The notes beneath the pieces are model-generated. The model worked only from the letters and a program-made list of their open reading frames with translations. It was not told the DNA's origin and made no database searches. A program made the position numbers and the translations under genes. From Octopus sinensis (Eukaryota), in contig NC_042997.1 in assembly GCF_006345805.1 (NCBI RefSeq), positions 178,498,001 to 178,562,000 on the forward strand: DNA of 64,000 nucleotides, in the 5' to 3' direction. Shown in pieces: positions 52,891-64,000 of this stretch (positions within the stretch are counted from its first letter, which is position 1; every line of letters starts with the position of its first letter).

Positions 52891-53685
52891 TGTAGTCAGC
52901 CACCCATGGTTTATAATTAAATTACCAGTAATTTTAATTATCTGATGTTGTTTCTCAAATATTTCTATATATAAACTAGTTACTAGACTGACAACAAGCA
53001 ATGGTGACTGTTATATTTCCGCTGACAACGGCTAAGGCCCCAGAAACATTCTGAGTTATCTCACTTGGCTGTCCAACTTGACAAATATTCTAGAGCTAAC
53101 TCCTAATGCTTTTTCTCTATTCGACCCTAAAGTATTTATTTCTGATTTCGAAAACACTGGCAATTGTAAAAACAAAACTACGTTTTTATTATATAAATAG
53201 ACGCTAAACATCCTCTTAAAATTATATATGCTTGAAAAGAAGCTTTAGAACCATAACAATACAATTTTAATAAAACAGAATTTTATTAAAATCGCATTGT
53301 CACGCCTCCCAAATTTCTTAGGAACGTTTTAACAAGATGTTTTAAAAAATATACTGTACAGAATAATTTAACTTATGTATGTATGTATGTATGTATGTAT
53401 GTATGTATGTATGTATGTATGTATGTATGTATGTATATCTTTGTGTGTGTAACGTAATAGCTTAGAAAAAAAGACCCATTGGTTTCATATCTAGCGTGAA
53501 CTAGATATCTCTTCAGTTTCTCTAAACGATAACCGTTCTCTGCAAAAAATGTTTTTTTAAACACAAGAACGCCGATGATAGTTCAGGAAATATTCATCTT
53601 AAAAAATTATGGCCGGGCGAGTTGTCTTTCTTTGCTTGATAGCTAGGTTTTTCAATTTTGAAGTAAAAATTTCCGAAAATGTGGA

Positions 53686-53775
53686 CAAATCCACTCACAA
53701 GGCTTAAGTTGGCCGGAGGCTTGAGTAGAAGACACTTACCCAAAGTGCCACGCAATGGGACTGAATCCGGAGCAG
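53686..53775 (-). mobile_element. SINE family B fragment
   Basis: AAATCCACTCACAAGGCTT..GTAGAAGACACTTACCCAAAGTGCCACGC. Confidence 0.7.
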
Positions 53776-54186
53776 CATTGAAAGCAAGCCATTACATTTG
53801 GATCAAGAGAGAAGATTAATGATGCACAAAGCCTAGCATTGAGGATGCTAGGGACATTTGGTTCAGAGTCGCAACATTTGACTCAACAGAGATTATGCTG
53901 TTGTGCGAGAGTTTTGTTGCGTATATCTGTGAGTGATCCCTGGTAGCTCTCGTGTGTCAGCGGAAGGGGCTGAAACACCGACAGAGCTGCTTCATTGTTT
54001 GATGAAACATCAACGCCAGCATTCGGAAACGGAGTACAGCAGCACTCCCAGTACATAAATGTTTCTTATAAATGGTATTTCTTATTCGTTCATGAACGTT
54101 AATGCCACGACAGTGATCTACTTCGTTAACATATGAAACTTGGCGTTCTCAAACTATATATATTTTAACATCTGTACGCATAGATA

Positions 54187-54435
54187 GTGGAGGCGGGTGG
54201 CTTAGTGGTTAGTGTGTCAGCATCATGATCGTAAGATTGTGGTTTCGATTCTTGCACCGGGCGACGCGTTGTGTTCTCGAGCAAAACACTTCATTTCACG
54301 TTGCTCCAGCCCACTCAGCTGGCAAAAATGAGTAATGCTGCAATGGATTGGTGTCCCATCCAACTGGCGAATACATACGCCATGGATACCGGGAAACCGG
54401 GCCCATGAACCTGGGTAGGCTTTAAAAGGGCACAT
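54187..54435 (+). mobile_element. SINE family C variant
   Basis: GTGGAGGCGGGTGGCTTAGTGGTTAG head, GGTTTCGATTC B box, GGGAAACCGGGCCCATG tail as in 994-1303. Confidence 0.85.
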
Positions 54436-54502
54436 TTATTTATTTTTTTTGTACGTATAGATAATGTTGTTTCTGGCATAATTAGTTTGATATTTCAGTC
54501 AT

Positions 54503-54533
<31 letters not shown>

Positions 54534-54607
54534 GTGTGCAAGTGTGTGTATGCGTGTGTGTGAGCGCGTGTGTGTGTGTATATATGTGCATGTGTGTGTA
54601 TACTTAT

Positions 54608-54644
<37 letters not shown>

Positions 54645-55956
54645 GCGTACACACACACACACACATACACACCGTACACAGATATAAGCATATTTTACGT
54701 GTGCGCGCGCGTATGTGAATAAAGGCAGATAGCCAACTAAAGTGTATGTACTGCATATTCTGCCATTTGTATTGAATCATTTGTATGTTGAAGACGTTTT
54801 CTTATCACGTAGCTGTAACCATGAACAACTGAGTTGTACATAACACAGTATTAAAAGTAGCGATAGTAATGCGAAATTGGCGAATGTTTCCTTGTCTTTC
54901 ATTACTCAGTTCAACTCTAGTCTTTGTGGTTATGATCAAAAGATATGGTGGTGCCAACATTTTCATATATATTTGGACGTGTGTAAACCTATGATATTAA
55001 CCATGATTCAAAGCCCACACAATACCAGAGATTTTCAGTGTTTCTCATGGCTGATTTTGTTTCAGGTCAGGTCTGGTGTAGCTGTAGCTTATGACAAAAG
55101 TTGTTCAACCCGTGACCATCTTTTTTTTTATACATCAGGGATTAAATTATCCAATCTCATTTTAATTTCAAGGTCTAATGTTCACTCTATATTTTTTAAG
55201 TCTCTAGTGTGTGACACAAAGAAGATTTGGCTGTTATTTCTAACAGACAAAACAACTATGTGGTTGCTTCTTCTCTGGCCCGTTTCCGTGTTTCAAACAT
55301 ATACCTAGAGAATGAGAACTGCGATAGAGTAGAAGTCAAGTTTTCTCTTAATGAAATCTCGACTCAGTTTTAAGGCAACGAATTAGAAGAATCGTTTGGT
55401 AGTAAGACAAAATACCTCCCAATATTTGTTCCTCCTCTTTGCGCCCAAAGTTCAAACCCAATCGAAGTTAGTTTTATCTTTCAGCCTTTCTGGGTCGATA
55501 AAATCTAAGGCATTGGATCGGATGTTTGTTAGAGGGTCGGTTGAGATATACCTTGTGATGTTTATACCGGCAATTTGCGTTCTGGGGTTTTGAATGGAAC
55601 ACTTAGTCTGTCTTCTTGTTTAACATCAGGAACTGGTCCCTGAATGCTTTTAATGGCGTCCATTTAATTCAAGCAGTTGAACCAAGTCTCTTCTTTGAGT
55701 ATGATAATATTTTCCTTCTTCCTACAGAACTCGGAGGCTCTAAAAAAATGAAATATATAAGGCCACAGACACCACACTTCTCTCCTTGATTACTTGGTAA
55801 AATACAACAATAAACTGAAAATAAAACCCTTTTAGTTGTAGCTGTTTCTCCAACATCATTTATTATCGTAAGAACAGAATTTCTCTTAAGCAAATTTCTC
55901 TTATAAGTTTGATCTATGCCTTACACCCTAACAAAATTGATAATGAGAGCACTAGT

Positions 55957-56195
55957 CTTCTTCTTGTCTTGAGACAGCATTCACCCGGGTGGGTTGAGCT
56001 GGCTTCATTCATCTTCAATGCTGCATCTCTCACAAACGCTGACCAGACCTAGCAATTTGAGGCTAATGACCGCGTGATCGCCAACCACTCCTTATTCCAG
56101 CGGCGAAAGCCGTAGATATGGGGGCCTAGGTTGGGTTCCAGATCAGCCTTGACTGTCATCAGACAAGTTTTTCGTTGTCCACCACATATCAGAAG
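55957..56195 (-). mobile_element. RTE-like LINE 3' fragment with 19-bp TSD
   Basis: GGQRKTCLMTVKADLEP..WSAFVRDAA; TGATAATGAGAGCACTAGT at 55938 and 56196. Confidence 0.8.
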
Positions 56196-57650
56196 TGATA
56201 ATGAGAGCACTAGTAATGTAGTACGTTTGATTTAATCTATTTTCCTCCCTACAAAACCAAGGATATTTTTCTCATGATAAAACGAAAGGCTCAAATTTAA
56301 ACAAATAGTTTTTTTAAAAATAAAACACGCAAACATGAAAGGCTGTGCGCACATAACATAACTAGTAACATACATATACTTAATATATTTCATTACGTAT
56401 AGTGATAAACCTGATCTATGAGAGTGTTGGGAACTACAGAGTAATTCATACTTAAGTAACCAATTCTAGAGCATAATGATATAACAGAGAACAGAGTCTC
56501 TAGAAACTATATACGTACATTGTTTTTGAATTTGAGCTCAACATTGTGTGTATGCCAATGGAACATTCGTGAACCATAGAGCTTTCCCACTGGCTACAGC
56601 AGTCTACAGGATTCTTATGACCTACCATATACAATATGGTATCTGTTTATAGACAGGCAGGTTCGACGTTTTGAAAAGTAAATATTTTGACTGTGGATAC
56701 AGCTCAAACAGAACAGATGGTATACTGAGCAGGTGATAGGATACGAGCTTATGATGCTTCAATTGAACTAAAAAAGATCCAATTGAAAAATACCGAAGAA
56801 AATATTCAATAAAAGTTATTTCAAAAGCAATATTAAAATCATCAACAAGAAGAGTATAGAGTTAATGAAAATTCTTTTTAAATTCTGTTTATTTGTCTGA
56901 TGGATATTTCTTTTTTAGATCACTTAAGTTTTCATTAGCTTGGTCAACAATTATGGTTTCACTTTATTCGATGTTGTGTGAATAATAGCGAATGTATTTA
57001 GTAAAATTATATTCACAAAATTGAATGATTATTTAATATAATGATCTAATTTAATGAACTATTTGTGGTAACGACTAATAATAGTAAACATGGAACATAA
57101 AGAAATATTGCTTGTATCAGCAAAAATATAAATGACCAGTATTAAAAAAAACATAATTATATTAGTAAATATACAATGAAACCAACAAACTACTGAAGTC
57201 CTTTTAAGTGCCAATTCTTTCTTTTATTTAATTAATTCAATTTCTTTAATTTTCTCTTTGATAATTTCTATACAGAACGGTGGATCAATGCATCAGAAAT
57301 AGAGTAGCACTGGAAAGGTTTTAGGCTTTTAGATTCATGAATTTGATTCCTGATATCGGATGAAATAGCTGCTTATGTTTCTATAGGGTTAGTAAAATAT
57401 ATTTCGTCACGAGAGCGCGAGTTAACAAGAACTTTTATTCGTGATCGCTCCGGTTTACAAGAAATGGCGGCCAAATCTTCCTCATATATGTCTTAACATT
57501 TTAAAAATGACAAGAGTATGTTGAATAATGTGTTTCTAGATATTTTATACTACATCTGTGAAAGAAAAAAAAAAACAGGGAATAATCACGACTAGAATGC
57601 TTTTGTCATAGATCTGCCTGCCTTGTCTCTGGATAGGCAGAGAGAGAGGA

Positions 57651-57719
<69 letters not shown>

Positions 57720-58305
57720 AACGTGGGGTCACTCATCGCCATCCAAAACAACTTCACAAAATTATGAAATTACTTACAAATAAGAGCTTAACAGTAAACG
57801 AAAATTTGCACGTTAAAATTACATCAGTTTTCGATAAAAGAGTTATCTATGAATTTATAAGCCTAACATTGATGTCATTCATAGTATTCACATTTAACGA
57901 AAGGAAAAAAAGTCTAGAACCCATGGTATTATTTACAGCTTTTGAAACGGGTGGGAGGAGGGGAGAAAGTTATCACAGACCAAAAGCCTGGCTCAAATGC
58001 TTGTGACCGTGTACTCCACTAAAGTCACCCAAGCCACAGCTGGGGTCGGATTAAATTCATCAGATATATTTAATATACTGACGAACATCTGGTCAAATAT
58101 TTGTAAATTCGTATCCAGTCATCAGTCCTGTAATATTTCTTTGATAAATATTTTGAATAACCTTCGCTTGACGCAGACGATATTTCTATTTTTACATAGA
58201 TAAGTAGAATCGGAAAGCAGTATATTTCTAGTGGTAAGCCATTCTCCTCTTACAGTTAAGAGGACTGAGCTAACAGAGAATTAGCTGTCTTTATTATGAA
58301 TATAT

Positions 58306-58610
58306 GTGGAGGCACATGGCATAGTGGTTAGAACAGCGGATCCGCGGTCGAGGGATCGCGGGTTCCAATCTCAGACCGGGCGATGTGTGTGTTTATGAGC
58401 GAAACACCTAAGCTCCACGCAGCTCCGGCAGAAGGTAATGGAGAATTTCTGCTGACTCTTTCGCCACAACTTTCTCTCATTCTTTCCTCTTGCATCTTGC
58501 AGCTCACCTGCAACGGACCAGTGTCCCGTCCAGGTGGGGAACCTATACGCCAAGGAAACCGGGAAACCAGCCCTTATAAGCCAGACATGGCTCGAGAAGG
58601 AACAAACAAT
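58306..58610 (+). mobile_element. SINE family C
   Basis: GTGGAGGCACATGGCATAGTGGTTAG head, GGGTTCCAATCTC B box. Confidence 0.85.
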
Positions 58611-58885
58611 TATGAATATATCACATCGCTGGTGATAGGAAACGAACTATTGATTTTTCGGCTTGATGTTCGATATCCTGATGGTTAGGAAACCTGCACT
58701 ATCAGCTCGTTTATAGTCTTAGAAGAGCAATCAAATTTAGCAGAGTTAAACTTGTAATTTATGGTTGCCACTATCAAGATTAGAACGAACGACTTTTTGA
58801 TTCACTTGTTCTAAGTAATGAAACTTAATATTTCTTTGAGAATAGTTAACTTAAAATATCTGATCAGCATATAAGAAGTGACCAA

Positions 58886-59022
58886 GGCAGCAAGCTGGCA
58901 GAATCGTTAGCACACTGGTCAAAACTTTTAGCAGCATCTCGTCCGTCTTTACGTTCTGAGTTCAAATTCCGCCGAGGTCAACTTTGCCTTTTATCCTTTC
59001 GGGGTCGATGAAATAAGTACCG
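58886..59022 (+). mobile_element. SINE family A, 3'-truncated
   Basis: Head and B box present, stops after AATAAGTACC. Confidence 0.8.
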
Positions 59023-60398
59023 AAATTGCCGGCTTCTGCCAAAAGTTAAAACTAACATATAAGAACTGACTTACATAAAGTAAAAATATTACGATGTTTG
59101 ATTCAGAATTTTGCCCGCTCACGGCAATAACATCATGTTAAAAGAATGGTTTCTATGTAACAAATATGCAATAGGCTAGTTTCCAATCCTTGGTGATATA
59201 TGTCTATTAACCACTTGATGTTAAGAAAACTAGGATGTGTTCCAGCAGTAAGAATTGATTAAAAACTAACACAAACAAACAGACAAGCAAAATATACAAT
59301 AAAAACAAAATTGCAAACAAACGGATCAGAGGATTTTGGACTTTAACAAATTAACATTAAATGTTGTCTGCAAATGAGTTCTTTATCGTATTAGTGTTTT
59401 AAATATATTTATTATTTTATATTGGAATAGACAAATAATTTTTTTCTTGTGACAGTAACAAATCAACCCTTCGAAAGTCAATAATTGCTAAAACTTGTTA
59501 AAACGACAAAACAGTTATCAAAATCCTATATGTCAAACTTGACACAAGAAATAGAATAATTCATCAGACTATTGGTTTTTCTTTTGAAGTTCCACCAATG
59601 TTTCTCTAATGTTACTCATCACAACATTCTCTCATGCCATCCTCATATCTCACAATTACATAAAATGCATTATTTACAATGGAAAAGTATTCATTATTCA
59701 ACAAATATCAAACAGATAGACTTCCCATCCTTCATTTAGAGAAACGAATACTTGGCTATGTTTCAAAATAATAACCACAACTCATCTGTTTTCTATGATT
59801 ATTGTTATAGTTTCTCTTTGATTTTTAAAACATAAGTTTCGAGCTAAACTCTTGTTCACCTCACCGAGGTAGAAGCACCATAGAGCAGTGATACGAGTTC
59901 GTTTCCTAGTTGTCTTTCCATTTCGCTAATTTCCCTTTGATGAGATGTACTATCTCAGACATATGGGGACTTTAGGTGTGATTTATCCAATAATGCTACA
60001 TAAAATCAAAGTTTACGTAGGTAACCTACAAACATTAAAGATCATGAGAGATTTACGTTTCCATGCTCAGGAAGTGAAAGCCGCATTTGAACTAAACAGT
60101 AACAAATAATGAATCTGTTTATGGGCAAGTAGTGTATTTTGATTCAGGACAAAATAAAGGAATTATTTGAGGTACGAAACACTAACACGGTGCTGGATGA
60201 AAATATCAGTAGGTTGAGTTAACTTGATAGTGTTTCAATAGTCAGATAATGTGTGTTTTCATTAGTTGTTACTGTTTAGCCTGAAGATTGAGAAAACCTA
60301 TGATGAAAGCCGTGCCATTAAACCTAATCTTTTCATTTTTAAAAATAAATAATAACGTGTGATATGTGACAGGTTTAATCTATTAGTTTTAGCAGGTT

Positions 60399-60814
60399 AA
60401 GGCGGCGAGCTGGCAGAAACGTTAGCGCGCCGGGCGAAATGCTTAGCGGTATTTCGTCTGTCGATACGTTCTGAGTTCAAATTCCGCCGAGGACGACTTT
60501 GCCTTTCATCCTTTCGAGGTCGATAAATTAAGTACCAGTTACGCACTGGAGTCGATGTAATCGACTTAATACCTATGTCTGTCCTTGTTTGACCCCTCTG
60601 TGTTTAGCCCCTTGTGGGTAATAAAGAAATAGGTATTTCGTCTGTCGTTACGTTCTGAGTTCAAATTCCGCCGAGGACGACTTTGCCTTTCATCCTTTCG
60701 AGGTCGATAAATAAAGCACCTGTTTCTCATTGGGTCGATGTAATCGACTTAATCCCTTTGTCTGCCTTTGTTTGTCCCCTCTATGCTTAGCCTCTTGTGG
60801 GCAGTAAAGAAATA
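60399..60814 (+). mobile_element. SINE family A dimer with single TSD
   Basis: Junction AAAGAAATAGGTATTTCGTCTG at ~60630; TATTAGTTTTAG(CA/TG)GGTT flanks. Confidence 0.9.
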
Positions 60815-61679
60815 TATTAGTTTTAGTGGGTTGACTGAATGCAGGATGTATGGAAATATGATACCATGCGGTGTCATAGAACTCTCTTATTAACTTAGTT
60901 ACCAGGCTGGTTATGGCCGTTTGAAATAACATATCCTAATATGTAACTGGGATTCTGTTTAGAGATTATAAAGTAAGAAAAAGCAAAGCTGATCCTGTTA
61001 GAAATCGAACTAAGAACATAATGCGACATTAGCAAATACTGCAAAGTATTCTTCCACCACTCAACCAAAATATAAATTTGTTGATATAAAACACAATGAA
61101 TATTTTTTTTCTATTTAAAGAACATTAAAGCTAAAGCCAGCTTTCTGAACAAACATTTCCTAGTCCAGTGTATATATATATATATATATACATACATACA
61201 TATATGTATGTATGTATCTCTGTATGTATGTATGTATGTATGTGTATATTATATATATATATAATATATATATATATATAAATACATATCTACATGTAAT
61301 TTATATTTATGCCTGTTTTCGTCTTTGTTCCTCTCTCTATATGTATGTATATATATATATATATATATATTAATTGCACACACACATACAACCAAGACAT
61401 ATGTACATATACATACATATATATGTATGTGTGTATGTAGTGTACTTAAATATATATATATATATATGTATATATAGAGGAAGAGAGAGGGGGAAGGAGA
61501 TTTGTAAACACTGACTTCAGAAAAAAAGAAAAAAAGAATTGGAAATATTCTTTTAAGACAGCATTAAATTAGCTTCCTGATCAGTAAGGTCCCCTCTTTA
61601 ATTCCTGCTTAGAATTCTTGCCAAGGCAACTTCAAGGATACCGCAGTTCTCCTACTGAAGGACATTTTAAATACGTCAT

Positions 61680-61691
61680 TATTATTATTAC

Positions 61692-61752
<61 letters not shown>

Positions 61753-61765
61753 GCTGTTGCTGTTG

Positions 61766-61829
<64 letters not shown>

Positions 61830-61870
61830 CATTATTATCATTATCATCATCATCATCATCATTATTATTA
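61680..61870. repeat. Compound (ATT)n(GTT)n(ATT)n(ATC)n array
   Basis: Direct reading. Confidence 0.95.
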
Positions 61871-62597
61871 TCAGATGTTGTTTTGATATTTATTCTCTTT
61901 TGATCTTTACATTCAGGATCTTTTATCTTCCATCCATCAAATTTTCCTCATTGCATCTACTTGCTGGTAAATTCCCTCTTTCCGATCGAATGATAATTTA
62001 TTATTTACTAATTAATAGCGACTACGAATATTCACAAAACAAACCGATAATTTTAAAGATTATACTGTCATCTGTTGCTTCAAAAGTGTGTTTGAGAGAG
62101 TGAGATAGAGAAAGAGAGGGAGAGGGAGATTTAAGATTTTTCTTCATCCATCTTCCTTATATTCTAAGATGTCGTTTATAATTTTCCTCTGCAGTTTTCT
62201 CTTTATTAACATTTTATATATATATATATATATATATTTCTTTGTTGTTATTGTTTTATGTGATTTATCTATTTATCATACTGATTTGTCAAATAATTGA
62301 ATATTTCTATTAGTTCCAAAACATCGCAACCAATAAACACATCTTCAGAAACAGATTTCGTTAAGTGATTTACAAATAGGGCATATGACACACCCCACGT
62401 GCGCACAACCGGGACCAGGTACACGCAGAAGAAATACACGCCCTCACACACACACACACAAAACACACACAGACCCAGAGGTATATATGCATATATATGT
62501 GCATATACGCATATATATGTATACATATATATAAATATAATTATATATGTATGAACGTGTATACACATATAACATCCTGTGTATATGCGCATATATA

Positions 62598-62639
<42 letters not shown>

Positions 62640-62809
62640 TTGCTTATACATATATATTAATATGTATGTTTATATATATGTATATATATATTTGAAAACA
62701 GCTATTTGAAGTTCGAAATTCATATCAGACTAACTTACTGTAAACATTGTTAAGATTGAAATATAAATTAGCACCCACTCTCAAAAGCCATCACTACGCA
62801 TGTTTTCAA

Positions 62810-62842
62810 ATATATATATGTTTGTATATATATGTATATATA

Positions 62843-62884
<42 letters not shown>

Positions 62885-62951
62885 GTATATATATGTATAT
62901 ATATGTATATATATATATATATAATATATATATATTATGTATATATATGTA

Positions 62952-63000
<49 letters not shown>

Positions 63001-63012
63001 GTATATATATAT

Positions 63013-63043
<31 letters not shown>

Positions 63044-63131
63044 CTATATATATATATATATATTATATATATATATACATATACATACATATATATATAT
63101 GTATATATATTTATATATGTATGTATATGAA

Positions 63132-63162
<31 letters not shown>
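62810..63162. repeat. Long interrupted (TA)n array
   Basis: Direct reading. Confidence 0.95.
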
Positions 63163-63240
63163 ATTTAAATAATCAGTAAATGGAGAGAATTATTGATCAA
63201 CAAAAAAGAAACAAAAACAAATTGGATCACATCTCTTGAT

Positions 63241-64000
63241 TATTTTTTAGTACAAAACATGACGGTCCATAAGTCCATTGTCGAATTTGATAATAAACTG
63301 TAGGCTAGGAAGGACACCCCTGATTTCTTTGAAATAACCATGGGATCCCCCGACTCAGCAGAGGTGACCGACGTTGTGGGAATATAACTTTTAGACAACA
63401 TCAACAAGGAATTCCCTGAAATTGGGGGAGGCCTCTACAGAGATGACGCACTTATTCTGATTAGATACATTACTATAGAAAATGAAAACTACTCTATCAA
63501 CTACCGAGACGTTAATTGTAATTTAAATACGGGTTTACACCAACCTTACATGAAACCTAACTCTAACTTAAAGTAAATATACTATCATAATAACCATCCG
63601 CAATCTGTAAAAAGAGCTCTAAGAAGAAGCATTAGCAAAGAAATTTCCTACCTCTCTTCTAATGAGAGCCTATTTAATAGTCATAAGGATAAGTACGATA
63701 AGGCAGTTAAAGATGCAGGCTATAGAGGTAGAATCAAATATATCCCACACGAGCATGCAATAAATAGATGTAGTAATGACTATGTTAACCGCAACAATAC
63801 AGTATATGGCCATTCACCTAAGCGATGTAATAAAGCACAGAAAACTATAGCTCACGACATTAATAAGATAGGATTTAGCAACAATATGCGTAAATATAAG
63901 AATAACAGAAACATTACAGGTGGAATAACGAGGGGAACTGGACGAAGGATGAATGATGCTAATAAAACCACTAACGATGAAGACAACAGTAATAAAAACA
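63241..64000 (+). pseudogene. Penelope-like element reverse transcriptase remnant (Naiad-type), runs off window end
   Basis: One frame: PDFFEITMGSPDSAEVTDVVGI*LL..GLYRDDAL..NLNTGLHQPYMKPN..NNHPQSVKR..KDAGY; stops at 63301, 63385, 63574; not in ORF track. Confidence 0.85.

Overview
AT-rich, microsatellite-dense eukaryotic DNA with no recognisable host gene. The repeat content suggests a coleoid cephalopod, probably Octopus (inference). The window is a mosaic of: three tRNA-derived SINE families (here called A, B, C); a 5'-truncated CR1-group LINE (2.7-5.6 kb); R4/Dong-like, RTE-like and L1/Tx1-like LINE fragments; mariner/Tc1 and hAT-Charlie remnants; and a Penelope-like (Naiad-type) RT remnant running off the right end. 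The main hidden signal is a set of type I hammerhead ribozyme (HHR) motifs from several unrelated sequence families. They sit in ~460-bp fold-back palindromes (223-692, 15538-16002), in a twin-ribozyme locus with an anti-ribozyme hairpin (45437-45652), and in a dispersed ~190-bp element with a non-canonical CUGUNGA core. Other observations: two LINE/SINE shared 3' tails and SINE multimers with a fixed junction. All alignments and folds were done by eye; scattered 1-nt indels suggest uncorrected long-read errors.
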